64,000 nucleotides of DNA from an uncultured Spirochaetales bacterium (lineage in GTDB: Bacteria > Myxococcota_A > UBA9160 > SMWR01), in contig CAZUYC010000015.1 of the NCBI GenBank assembly GCA_964624475.1, positions 9,124-73,123 on the forward strand, given 5' to 3'. Shown here piece by piece: positions 42,262-52,954 of the stretch. The position numbers were made by a program, and so were the translations under genes. The first letter of the stretch is position 1. Each line of letters opens with the position of its first letter. The notes under the pieces are model-generated. The model was not told where the DNA came from, did not search any database, and worked only from the letters and a program-made list of their open reading frames with translations.

Positions 42262-43542
42262 CTACAGCCTCTCGATGACGGCGGCTTCCCCCTGACCCAC
42301 ACCCACGCACAGGGTGGCCAGGCCATGCCGCACGGGTTCGCCGAGACCAGCGCGGCGGTGCATCTCGTGGATCAGGGTGGTGAGGAGCCGGGCACCCGAG
42401 CATCCGAGCGGATGCCCCAGGGCGATGGCGCCGCCGTTCACGTTGGTGATGTCCTGGCCGAGCCCGAGCTCCCGCAGCACCGCGATGGACTGGACCGCGA
42501 ACGCCTCGTTGAGCTCGGCGAGCTGGATGTCGGCCAGCGAGAGCCCCGCACGGGCGAGCGCCTTCTGGGTGGCGGGCACCGGCCCGAGCCCCATCACGCG
42601 CGGGTCCACCCCCGCCGCGGCAGAGCCCATCCAGCGCGCCAGCGGCCGGAGCCCGAGCTCGCGGGCCCGGCGCTCGGACACGAGCACCAGGGCAGCGGCG
42701 CCGTCGTTCGTTCCGCTCGAGTTTCCCGCCGTCACGGTTCCACCGGGTCGGAACACGGGCTTCAGCCTCGAGAGCTGGTCCAGGTCGGTCGAGAGCCGGA
42801 ACTCGTCTCCCGTGCGCGTGTACCGGGGAAACTCGTCCGTATCGAAGAGGATGGGATCGCCGCGGCGCTGCGGCACGGCGACCGGGACGATCTCCCGCCG
42901 GAAGCGACCGTCCTGGATCGCCTGCACCGCCCGCGACTGGCTCTGCAGGGCGAACGCATCCTGCTCCTGCCGGGTGATCTCGCCGTCCTTGATCTTCCCT
43001 TCCCGGCTCATCTGCTGGATGTTCTCTGCGGTCTCCCCCATCGACTCGAGGGGAAAGAGCGCTTCCAGCGCGGGGTTCGGGAATCTCCAGCCGAGCGTGG
43101 TGTCGTAGGCGGTGACGTTGCCCGAGGGTCCGAACGCCTGCGGATTCTTCGGCAGCGCGTACGGCGCGCGCGTCATGCTCTCGACGCCGCCCGCCACGTA
43201 CAGCTCGCCTTCCCCGGCCCGGATGGCTCGCGCCGCCTGGTTGACCGCCGAAAGCCCGCTGGCGCACAGGCGGTTGACCGTCACGCCGGGAACGGAGTGC
43301 GGCAGCCCCGCCAGCAGGAGCCCCATCCGCGCGACGTTCCGGTTGTCCTCCCCGGCCTGGTTCGCGCAGCCCATGAACACTTCTTCGACCTGGGCGCCGT
43401 CCACCTCCGCGCGGCGGACGGCCTCGCGTATCACCAGGGCCGCCAGGTCGTCGGGACGCACCTGGGCGAGCGCCCCGCGGATCTGGCCGATGGGCGTGCG
43501 CACCGCGCTCACGATCACCACCTCGTTCATGACTCCGTTCAT
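42262..43542 (-). CDS. Acetyl-CoA C-acyltransferase (thiolase)
   Basis: ATG 43542 (or 43530). ..[12 protein letters not shown].., ..VNRLCASGL.. (Cys nucleophile), ..[19 protein letters not shown]... Confidence 0.9.
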   Translation of the reverse strand: MNGVMNEVVIVSAVRTPIGQIRGALAQVRPDDLAALVIREAVRRAEVDGAQVEEVFMGCANQAGEDNRNVARMGLLLAGLPHSVPGVTVNRLCASGLSAVNQAARAIRAGEGELYVAGGVESMTRAPYALPKNPQAFGPSGNVTAYDTTLGWRFPNPALEALFPLESMGETAENIQQMSREGKIKDGEITRQEQDAFALQSQSRAVQAIQDGRFRREIVPVAVPQRRGDPILFDTDEFPRYTRTGDEFRLSTDLDQLSRLKPVFRPGGTVTAGNSSGTNDGAAALVLVSERRARELGLRPLARWMGSAAAGVDPRVMGLGPVPATQKALARAGLSLADIQLAELNEAFAVQSIAVLRELGLGQDITNVNGGAIALGHPLGCSGARLLTTLIHEMHRRAGLGEPVRHGLATLCVGVGQGEAAVIERL

Positions 43543-43872
43543 GACTCGACTCCGCTTCGCCTCCGCCGGGCTCGTTGAAGGCGCGCCCAACGGGGCAGAG
43601 CTTAGACCTCCGCCGTCCTCGGGTCACGCGAGGCGGGTGAGACGCGCCCCCCTGCCGTCCGGGGGGTCGTCGCGGCGGCCCGCTGTCTCTGCGAGGCGCG
43701 GCGAGCGTGCGCCCAGGAGGGATGGACTGCTGCCGTCCAGCAGATCTCCGCGGCGGCACGTAGCTCGCCTCGTGCGCGGGCCCCGTGAACGACCCGCGAA
43801 TCGCGCGTTCCTGAACCACGATTCTTCGGAGCCGGACCCGGGCACCGCGGAGCTTCCCAAGAGTCGTTTGAC

Positions 43873-43901
43873 TTGACGAAAACACTACATAGCACTAATC
43901 T
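43873..43901 (+). promoter_or_regulatory. Candidate sigma70-type promoter giving a leaderless RAYT transcript
   Basis: TTGACG (43873-78), then 17 nt, then TAATCT (43896-901). The ATG at 43909 lies 7 nt downstream and no SD is present. This is the only strongly AT-rich patch in this intergenic region. Confidence 0.3.
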
Positions 43902-43908
43902 ATCGGTG

Positions 43909-44607
43909 ATGCGACGGGCGCCGAGGCAGCTCACCTTCCACGAGCACCGGATGCGCTCGGGTCGAGGTGGCCCGAGGCCCGGCGCGGGGCGCCCGCGCCT
44001 GTCGGCGAACCCGCCCGTCCACCACGTCCGGCGTCCGCCGGTCCCCCGCGACTGCCCTTCCCACGTCACGCTGCGGCTGCTCCGGGGCCTCCCCGCGCTC
44101 CGAAGCCGCCGCTTCTTGCGCGAGCTGCGCGCGAGCCTGCGGGAGGCCTGCGCGCGCCGCGGCTTCCGCGTGGTGCACTACACCGTGCAGCGCAACCACC
44201 TCCACCTGTTCGTCGAGGCCGCGGGCAAAGAGGCCCTGGGTCGCGGCATGAAGGCGATCTCGGCCCGGGTCGCCCGCGCCGTGCAACGCGCCTTCGGCCT
44301 CAGAGGCCCGGTCCTTCACGGTCGCTACCACCTGCGCGTGCTGCGCACCCCGCGAGAGGTCCGGAACGCGCTGGCCTACGTCCTGCTCAATGCGCGCAAA
44401 CACTGGCGCGAGCGCCACGGCTCGCCGCCCCCGGAGCGTCTCGACGAGGCGTCCTCGGGCCGCTGGTTCCAGGGCTGGCGTCGAGCGTTCGGCTCGCGCG
44501 AGTCTCCGCCCGAGCGCCCCGAGGTCGCACCGCCCCGGACATGGCTCCTCGCGGCCGGCTGGCGCCGCCACGGCCTCATCGATCCCGCGGAGGTTCCCGG
44601 CGGCTGA
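43909..44607 (+). CDS. IS200/IS605-like Y1 HUH transposase, RAYT-like (REP-associated tyrosine transposase type)
   Basis: Frame of ORF 43873..44607. ..VHVTLRLLRGLPALRS.., ..FRVVHYTVQRNHLHLFVEA.. (HUH motif), ..REVRNALAYVLLNARKH.. (catalytic Tyr helix). Confidence 0.8.
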   Translation: MRRAPRQLTFHEHRMRSGRGGPRPGAGRPRLSANPPVHHVRRPPVPRDCPSHVTLRLLRGLPALRSRRFLRELRASLREACARRGFRVVHYTVQRNHLHLFVEAAGKEALGRGMKAISARVARAVQRAFGLRGPVLHGRYHLRVLRTPREVRNALAYVLLNARKHWRERHGSPPPERLDEASSGRWFQGWRRAFGSRESPPERPEVAPPRTWLLAAGWRRHGLIDPAEVPGG

Positions 44608-44639
44608 CGGGAGCGGGTCGAGCGGAGCGGGAGTCGCGG

Positions 44640-44801
44640 GATTGGAAGCCCTCCGCCTACAGTGGCGAGCGCCTTCCTCGTCCCCGGCAACCCCGCCGCT
44701 ACAAGGACAAGGTCCGCCGCAAGATCGCCGCCTATCACCGCTTCGTGCAGCTCGGCTGCCGGAATTTCTCGCGGATCCCGCCGCGCCGGGTGACGTGGTG
44801 A
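44640..44801 (+). other. Orphan high-GC3 ORF fragment without start codon (possible mobile-element gene relic)
   Basis: DWKPSAYSGERLPRPRQPRRYKDKVRRKIAAYHRFVQLGCRNFSRIPPRRVTW*. By my count most third codon positions are G/C, unlike the alternative frames. No family recognised. Confidence 0.3.
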
Positions 44802-45078
44802 AATTCGTCGGCCGAATCCGAAGCCCAGACATCCTGCGCGCTTACGAGCGCGCTGCATGACGCTCAGCGCCGCTCAACTCGCTACTCTCCATAATCGAAC
44901 AGGACTAGCATTTTGCCACATATCATAGTGAAATCATCTCATGCGAGAGCCCGCTCTCAAATGCCCTCTTGCGCGCCGGACGGCGACAGCTATTTCAACC
45001 TGTTCGTTGTTCGAAGCCGCCGACCGCAGAGGCGGCTTCATCGAGCGCTGGCGAATGCCGAGCGAATAGAGGTCAATC

Positions 45079-45594
45079 ATGGCGCAGGTCGGAACCTTGG
45101 CGTGGGCGCGCAAAACCGGCGGGCGGCTGCGCTTCCAGGATTGCGTGCGGTTGACCGGGCTTGCGGGCGCTGTGGTTTGGCTGCCGCGCCAACGCATCCT
45201 CATCGCCGGCGACACGGTTGTTTGGCCGATTCCGTATGAGTTCGACGTCTATCCCGCGGACAATATCGCTACGCTTGAGCGCCTGCGCGCTTACAATTAC
45301 CGTGCGCTCGTTCCAGGCCATGGCGAAGTGCAACGCGACAAGGCTTATTTGGATCTGCTGATCGCGTTCATGCGCGAAGTGCGTACGCAAATGGTGCCGC
45401 TGATCCAGCAGGGACTGACGGTCGAGGAAGCGACAGCACGCCTTACGCTTGATTCCAATGCACAGGCTTTCGCCGGCGAAGATCCCTGGCTGCGCTATTG
45501 GTTCCGCGAATATGCAATTGGCCCCTTCGCCGAGAGCGCCTACCGCGAAGCCAAGGGCGAACCGCTCGGGCCCGCGCCACCCGCCGCCTCATAA
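45079..45594 (+). pseudogene. C-terminal fragment of a metallo-beta-lactamase-fold protein
   Basis: ..AVVWLPRQRILIAGDTVV.., ..LVPGHGEV.. match the distal MBL motifs. The HxHxDH region is absent (in-frame TAG immediately upstream), and the position of the third His motif reads TGLAGA. Markedly lower GC. Confidence 0.5.
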
Positions 45595-45689
45595 GGGGCA
45601 ACGTATCTGTTTAGCGGGTCTCCTGCCGTGACGCCGTAGCGGCTGTCGGACGCCGACCGCTTCCACTCGATTCCAACCCCGCCATCTCG

Positions 45690-45959
45690 GTGGTCCGGCG
45701 CTTTCTGCGCTGCGGGCAGCCGGGCTGCGCCTGCCAGAAGCCCGGCGCCCAGGGCCACCGCCCCTACCACTACCTGGTCGTCACCCAGGCCCCGGGGAAG
45801 ACCGCGTCGGTCCTGCTCGCCCCGGGCCAGGTCGCGCGCGTGCGCCGCTGGACGCGAGACTTCAAACGACTCAAGCAGCTGCTCGAGCGCATCTCCCGGC
45901 TCAACACCCGGCTGATCCGGCTCGAGCGCGAGGCGCAGCGGCGCCAGGGCCGGCGGTGA
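45690..45959 (+). CDS. Small zinc-ribbon protein of the CG.P.C.C...HGPY type (DUF6788-like, transposon-associated from memory)
   Basis: ..VVRRFLRCGQPGCACQKPGAQGHRPYHYLVVTQAPGKTASVLL.. followed by a coiled-coil tail. GTG start. The frame is open upstream to 45615. Confidence 0.45.
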   Translation: MVRRFLRCGQPGCACQKPGAQGHRPYHYLVVTQAPGKTASVLLAPGQVARVRRWTRDFKRLKQLLERISRLNTRLIRLEREAQRRQGRR

Positions 45960-46168
45960 CGGCGGAGCGCCCGCGCTGCGCGGAATGCTCCCGGCTGCGG
46001 CGCGAAAACCGTCGGCTCCAGCAGCAGGCCGAGCGGCTCGCTCAAGTGTTGCCGATCGCGTCGAAGCGCCGAAAAATGAACACCGGGCCGGCGAGCTCGG
46101 ATAGCCTCCGCTCCGGACTCGTCAAGGCGCTGCGCGCCTCCTCCGCTTCGCTCTGGCCCTTCGGGTGA
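45956..46168 (+). pseudogene. Truncated N-terminus of a transposase (IS66-like leucine-zipper / PPSSD region)
   Basis: GTGA-coupled to the previous ORF. ..RCAECSRLRRENRRLQQQAERLAQVL....NTGPASSDSL.. resembles the C..C, zipper and (K)PPSSD layout. No catalytic domain follows. Confidence 0.4.
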
Positions 46169-46199
46169 CGAGTCCTCCGCTCCGGCTGGAGGTGAGTAT

Positions 46200-46225
46200 C
46201 GCCGGAAGGGAGGCCCCTTCCGGCG
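46200..46225. repeat. Strong GC hairpin inside the relic island
   Basis: cgccggaaggg-aggc-cccttccggcg (11-bp perfect stem, 4-nt loop). Confidence 0.6.
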
Positions 46226-46491
46226 CCGCAGCACAGAGCCGAAGGCGGCCATGAAGCAGCGATACGTTTGCGGTCGAACTCGCGCGAGGCCGTTCCGTTC
46301 CCACATCTCCCGTAGAGCGGGAACGGGAATCTGGAAGCTGGAGCGCAACTCACCAGTCCAACACGGCGAGCTCGGAGTTGTCAACTATGATCCGTACACC
46401 CCATCCCCGGGCGATCGGGCTCGCCCGCTCGGTCGACCCCCGCGGCCCCTGACCCGCGAGTCCCACCGCTGAGCTTCCTCCCCAGCGCTAG

Positions 46492-46716
46492 ACTCGCGTC
46501 GCCGGCACGCTTCGAGCGGCGGAGGGAGAGCGCGTCTTCAACGATGACGAGAAGGCCCTGCGTGTGAGCGCAGCGATCGAGCAGTCGATCGTACGCCTGC
46601 GGCTCGAGAGCCAGGGCGAGTTCGTCGCCCTGATCAACGCGATCGAGATGCAGCTCGAATCCTGCCAGCCCGTCGAGAAGGTCATGCGGCTCCTGGCCGA
46701 CGCCTTGCTCGCCTAG
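46492..46716 (+). other. Orphan C-terminal ORF fragment, unknown family
   Basis: ..ERVFNDDEKALRVSAAIEQSIVRLRLESQGEFVALINAIEMQLESCQPVEKVMRLLADALLA*. It has very high GC3 in this frame, and the listed minus ORF 46381..46782 is its codon-aligned shadow. It is bounded upstream by TAG 46489, and the only in-frame start is a late GTG at 46564. Confidence 0.3.
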
Positions 46717-46931
46717 GCCGAGGCCCGGGGCCTCGATGCGAAGCGACTCCGTCTCGCCCAGCGCCTCGACACCCTCGTCCACCGAATCCGCACACGCTCT
46801 TCTCTTTCACACGCTTCGGCAGTCGATCCACCACAAGGTGGCTTGCGAGCAACATTGAGAGGCTCATGTCTTTGCCAAACCCCTCCGCACAACAGATAGG
46901 AAAGTCGATGGCTGAGCGCCGTTAGGTTGTA

Positions 46932-47172
46932 GCGATCATCCTTCGAAAGGGTCACGTCGGCGCAGGTCAGGCGGCCGGGGCTCTTGTTGCACACCACCAG
47001 GGTGTGCCCCTGCTCGTCGCGCTCGTCCATGTGGGCGGCCCGGTACGGGGCCACCTCGACCGCCAGGGCCTTCACCAGCATCCGACGAGCCCCTCGCGAG
47101 CGAGCTCGTCCAGCGTGAACCCCTCGTAGCCCTCTTCCCTCGATTCCTTCCTCTCGATTGCCTTCAGCACTG
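46932..47172 (-). pseudogene. IS256-family (Mutator-type) transposase N-terminal remnant with frameshift
   Basis: Two frames join to read ..EGYEGFTLDELAREG|ARRMLVKALAVEVAPYRAAHMDERDEQGHTLVV.N.., the conserved IS256-family N-terminus. A 1-nt slip lies in the G-run of gcgagggg|ctcg near 47085. The DDE domain is absent. Confidence 0.6.
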
Positions 47173-47480
47173 GGTGGCGTCTCCTTCTCCTCGGCCTCCG
47201 CCGGAGTCTCGTTTGGTCACGCGGAAGGCTGCGCCGCCACACCGATTCGAGCACGACACTTCTGGGTATCTCTCCAGCTCTCCCTGACCTGGCGATGCTG
47301 GCCTACCGTGCGATGATCCTGGCCGCTGTGCTCGTCATCGCGTCGGTGGGAAGACTCCGCTCTTCGGGCCTCGAGGACGCCTGCCAGGTGTTCCTCGGGG
47401 TTGGGCAAGCGGCGTTTCCGGGCGAGATGGCCGAGCAGCCCGCGGCGCTCCACGCCGACGTGCCCACCGGCGAGTTCTGA

Positions 47481-48938
<1,458 letters not shown>

Positions 48939-48957
48939 CCTCGTTCGCGGGTGCGAA

Positions 48958-50565
48958 GTGAGTCAGGCGCAGGGCAGGAGCTACGACGCGATCGTGATCG
49001 GCGGCGGCCACAACGGCCTCACCGCGGCCGCCTACCTCGCCCGCGCGGGACAGAGGACGCTCGTCCTCGAGCGTCGCGAGATCGTCGGCGGCTGCTGCGT
49101 CACCGAGGAGATCGCCCCCGGCTGCCGCGCCTCGACGACTTCCTACATCGCCAGCATGCTCCGGCCCGAGGTGATCCGCGACCTCGACCTCGGCTCGCAC
49201 GGCCTTCGCATGCTCCCCTGCGAGCCGGGGCTCCAGGTGGTGCTGCCCGGCGGCATCGCGATTCCGTGGTGGACCGACAATGCGCGGACCGTGACCGAGA
49301 TCGAGCGCTTCTCGAAGCGGGACGCCGCCACCTTCCTGCGGGTCGACGCGCAGCTGAAGAAGCTCGCGCGCTACCTCCAGCCGTTCTTCCTGGAGCCGCC
49401 CCCCGACGTCGGCGCGCGCGGCCTCGGGGGGCTCCTGGAGCTGCTGCGGGTCGGCAAGCGCTTCCGTCGCATCAGCGGGGACGAGATCGCCCAGATGGTC
49501 TCGTTCATGACCGGAAGCCTCGGGGACTTCCTCGACCGCCACTACGAGTCGGAGCAGGTCAAGACGCTGATCCTGGCCAACAACGTCTACGGGAAGCACG
49601 GCGGCCCCTACCAGAACGGCAGCGCGCTCGGCCTCCTCTTCCACCTCCTCTCGGGCGGCGAGCACGGCCTGCAGGGATTCTTCGGGCACGTGATCGGGGG
49701 CATGGGCTCGATCACCCGGGCGATGGCCGCCGCCGGCCAGAAGCTCGGCGTCGAGATCGCCACGTCGTCGCCGGTCGAGCGGATCCTGGTGCGCGACGGC
49801 CAGACCCGGGGCGTCGCGCTGGAGGACGGCACGGAGATCGCCGCGGACCGGGTCCTGTCGAACGCCGACCCGAAGCGGACCTTCCTCGGCCTGCTCGACG
49901 CGTCCGAGCTTCCGGAGGATTTCAGGAGCGCGATCGACGGGATCAAGATGGCGGGGCCGTGCGCCAAGGTGAACCTGGTCCTCGGCCAGGAGCCCCGGGT
50001 CCTGGGCATGCCGGACGACGCCGACCCGGGGCGCCGGTCGCTCTTCACGCTGGTGCCGTCGCTGGAGTTCGCGGAGCGCTGCTACGACACCGCCAAGCTC
50101 GGAGAGATCCCGGAGGAGCTGTGGGTCGACTGCGTGGTAGCCTCGAACGTCGACGACAGCCTGGCGCCCCGGGGCAAGCACGTCATGACCTGCTTCGTGC
50201 AGTACGTCCCGTACCGCCTCGCGCGGGGCGGCTGGGACGAGAGCCGCGAGTCGCTCGGCGACCGCGTCGTGGAGACGATCGCCCGGTATGCCCCGAACGT
50301 CGCGAGCTCGATCGAAGCCCGGCAGGTGCTGACGCCCCTCGATCTGGAGCGCACCTACGGCCTGACCGAGGGCAACATCTTCCACGGCGACCTGGTGCTG
50401 GAGCAGCTCTTCTTCATGCGTCCTGTTCCCGGCTGGGCCCGCTACCGCACGCCCGTGCGCGGGCTCTATCTATGCGGCGCGGGCGCGCATCCGGGGGGTG
50501 GCGTGACCGGGGCGCCGGGCTACAACGCCGCCCACCAGGTCCTCAGGGATCTCGGGCGCGGATGA
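48958..50565 (+). CDS. CrtI/COG1233-like NAD(P)/FAD-dependent oxidoreductase, paralog 1
   Basis: GTG start 19 nt after the POT stop. ..YDAIVIGGGHNGLTAAAYLARAG.. dinucleotide fold. C-terminus ..YGLTEGNIFHG..GWARYRTP..LYLCGAGAHPGGGVTG... Confidence 0.85.
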   Translation: MSQAQGRSYDAIVIGGGHNGLTAAAYLARAGQRTLVLERREIVGGCCVTEEIAPGCRASTTSYIASMLRPEVIRDLDLGSHGLRMLPCEPGLQVVLPGGIAIPWWTDNARTVTEIERFSKRDAATFLRVDAQLKKLARYLQPFFLEPPPDVGARGLGGLLELLRVGKRFRRISGDEIAQMVSFMTGSLGDFLDRHYESEQVKTLILANNVYGKHGGPYQNGSALGLLFHLLSGGEHGLQGFFGHVIGGMGSITRAMAAAGQKLGVEIATSSPVERILVRDGQTRGVALEDGTEIAADRVLSNADPKRTFLGLLDASELPEDFRSAIDGIKMAGPCAKVNLVLGQEPRVLGMPDDADPGRRSLFTLVPSLEFAERCYDTAKLGEIPEELWVDCVVASNVDDSLAPRGKHVMTCFVQYVPYRLARGGWDESRESLGDRVVETIARYAPNVASSIEARQVLTPLDLERTYGLTEGNIFHGDLVLEQLFFMRPVPGWARYRTPVRGLYLCGAGAHPGGGVTGAPGYNAAHQVLRDLGRG

Positions 50566-50581
50566 GATCCAGGGCGTTCCC

Positions 50582-51757
50582 ATGCGGGCCGGGGCCAGGA
50601 CGGCGGATTTCATCGTCATCGGCGCGGGCGTCGTCGGCGCCTCCATCGCCTTCCATCTCGTGAAGCGCAAGGCGGGTCGCGTGCTCGTGCTCGACAAGGG
50701 CCTGGCGGCGCAGGGGAGCAGCAGCCGCTCGTCGGCGCTCGTGCGCATGCACTACACCCTGCCGCAGGAGGTGCAGCTGGCGCGGAAGAGCCTGGAGATC
50801 TTCACGAGCTGGGAGGACTACGTCGGCCGCCCCGGCTCCTTCAAGAAGCTCGGCTTCATCCGCCTCGTCCCCGAGAGCGAGACCCTGAGCCTGAAGAAGA
50901 ACGTGGAGATGCAGCGCGAGCTCGGCGTCAACACGCGCCTGATCTCGGCGCAGGAGGTGAAGGAGATCGAGCCGGATTGGAGGGTCGACGACATCGAGGC
51001 CGCCGCCTACGAGCCGGACTCGGGCTACGGAGACGGCGCGGTCACCGCCAACGATTTCCTCGAGCGCGCCCGGGAGATGGGAGCGGAGTTCCGCCCGCGC
51101 ACACGGGTCACCGCGTTCGCGGTCGAGGGGGACCGGGTTCGCGGCGTCGTCACGGACCAGGGGAAGCTCGAGGCGCCGGTCGTGATCTCGGCCGCCGGCC
51201 CCTGGTCGATCCCGCTCTTCCGCGGCGTCGACTTCGAGCTGCCGATCGAGCCCGAGTACCACCGCGTGGCGATCCTCGAGAACCCGCCCGGGATGCGGGG
51301 GGGCGGCTGCGCCCTGATCGACTCGATCGCCTCGATGTACCTGCGCTCCGAGGGGCCCGGCATGACCCTGGTCGGCGAGTTCGTCGGCCCGCGCGACGTC
51401 GATCCGGACGACTTCCCGCAGTCGGTCTCCACCGAGGAGATGGCCGAGATCGCCCTGCTGGGCGCGTGGCGCATCCCGGCGCTGGACCACTGCGGGCTCG
51501 TCCGAGGGGTGACGGGCCTCTACGACATGACGCCCGACCAGCGACCGCTCCTCGGACCGACGCCCGGCGTGGAGGGGTTGCACCTGGCTGCTGGCTTCTC
51601 GGGGATGGGCTACAAGATCTCGCCCGCGGTGGGGCTCACGATCGCGGAGCTGCTGCTCGACGGGAGGAGCCGGACGGTGGACCTGTCGATCTTCGACCCC
51701 GGGCGCTTCGCCGCGGGGCGGCCGATCCGCGCCCCGCACGAATACTCGGACGAGTAG
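50582..51757 (+). CDS. DAO-family FAD oxidoreductase (sarcosine oxidase beta / dimethylglycine oxidase N-domain-like)
   Basis: ..DFIVIGAGVVGASIAFHL.., ..RSSALVRMHY.., ..LAAGFSGMGYK... 391 aa. Confidence 0.9.
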   Translation: MRAGARTADFIVIGAGVVGASIAFHLVKRKAGRVLVLDKGLAAQGSSSRSSALVRMHYTLPQEVQLARKSLEIFTSWEDYVGRPGSFKKLGFIRLVPESETLSLKKNVEMQRELGVNTRLISAQEVKEIEPDWRVDDIEAAAYEPDSGYGDGAVTANDFLERAREMGAEFRPRTRVTAFAVEGDRVRGVVTDQGKLEAPVVISAAGPWSIPLFRGVDFELPIEPEYHRVAILENPPGMRGGGCALIDSIASMYLRSEGPGMTLVGEFVGPRDVDPDDFPQSVSTEEMAEIALLGAWRIPALDHCGLVRGVTGLYDMTPDQRPLLGPTPGVEGLHLAAGFSGMGYKISPAVGLTIAELLLDGRSRTVDLSIFDPGRFAAGRPIRAPHEYSDE

Positions 51758-51763
51758 CTCGCC

Positions 51764-52954
51764 ATGCCGCTCGAATCCCCGTTCCACGCGCGCATCGCTC
51801 CTCTGTGCACCAGCTACGCCTGGAAGCAGTGGGGCGGCTATTACGCCGTCAACCACTTCGGCGAGACGCATCTGCCCGAGTACTGGGCCTTCCGCGAGGC
51901 CTGCGCCGTCACCGACGTCACGCCGCTCCTCAAGTACGAGATCGAGGGCAAGGACGCCGCGCGGCTGCTCTCGCGCATGCTGGTGCGCAGCGTAGAGGGC
52001 ATCCAGGTGGGGCGCGTGGCCTACGCCTGCTGGTGCGACGAGAGCGGCAAGGTCATCGACGACGGCACGCTGAGCCGCCTCGGCGAGGAGCGCTTCTTCC
52101 TCACCGCCGCGGAGCCGACCCTCTCGTGGCTGGGCCGCCTTGCCCGCGGCCTGGAGGTCGAGATCGCGGACCGGAGCGAGGAGATCGCTGCACTCTCGCT
52201 CCAGGGCCCCACCTCGCGCGACGTCCTCCGGCGCTGCAGCGACGCCGACCTGGACGCGCTCAAGTTCTTTCGGACGGCGGAAGCCAGGCTCGACGGCATC
52301 GACCTGCGGATCAGCCGCACCGGCTACACCGGGGACCTCGGCTACGAGCTGTGGTGCGATGCGCCGGACGCGCCGAAGCTCTGGGACGCCCTGATCCGCG
52401 CCGGGCGCGCCCACGGCCTCGAGCCCGCGGGCATCGAGGCCCTCGACATGGTGCGCATCGAGGCGGGCTTCATCATGCTCGGCGTCGACTACTACTCCTC
52501 GCCGCGCGTCACCATCGACACGCGTCGCTCGACGCCCTACGAGATCGGGCTCGATTGGTGCGTCGAGCTCGACCGCGATGCGTTCCTCGGGCAGGAGGCG
52601 CTGCGGGTAGAGGCCGCGCGCGGCGCGGCCTGGAAGATGGTCGGAGTCGAGGCCGACTGGCTCGAGATCGAGGAGCTCTACGCGGGCTACGACCTCCCCC
52701 CCGCGCTCGCGCCCGCCGCGTCCCGCGTGGCGCTGCCCTTGTACGCGGACGGCCGCTTCGTCGGTCAGGTGACGAGCAGCGTGTGGTCGCCGCTGCTCAA
52801 GCGCTACCTCGGCCTGGCGAGCGTCAAGGCCTCTCACGCGGGCCTCGGAACGAAGGTCGAGCTCGAGCACACCGCGCTCTACGAGCGGCGCACGGTCACG
52901 GCGAGGATCGTCGAGCGTCCCTTCTTCGATCCCGAGCGCAAGAGGACGCCCTGA
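51764..52954 (+). CDS. GcvT-family folate-binding aminomethyltransferase (dimethylglycine oxidase C-domain-like)
   Basis: ..EYWAFREACAVTDVTPLLKYEIEGKDA.., ..ISRTGYTGDLGYELW.., ..RIEAGF... Starts 6 nt after the DAO stop. Confidence 0.9.
   Translation: MPLESPFHARIAPLCTSYAWKQWGGYYAVNHFGETHLPEYWAFREACAVTDVTPLLKYEIEGKDAARLLSRMLVRSVEGIQVGRVAYACWCDESGKVIDDGTLSRLGEERFFLTAAEPTLSWLGRLARGLEVEIADRSEEIAALSLQGPTSRDVLRRCSDADLDALKFFRTAEARLDGIDLRISRTGYTGDLGYELWCDAPDAPKLWDALIRAGRAHGLEPAGIEALDMVRIEAGFIMLGVDYYSSPRVTIDTRRSTPYEIGLDWCVELDRDAFLGQEALRVEAARGAAWKMVGVEADWLEIEELYAGYDLPPALAPAASRVALPLYADGRFVGQVTSSVWSPLLKRYLGLASVKASHAGLGTKVELEHTALYERRTVTARIVERPFFDPERKRTP

Noticed and set aside
45079-45594. 171-aa ORF as an intact small metallo-beta-lactamase-fold protein.
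   Set aside because: It lacks the HxHxDH motif and the preceding beta-sheet half, and an in-frame stop lies immediately upstream. It is treated as a fragment.
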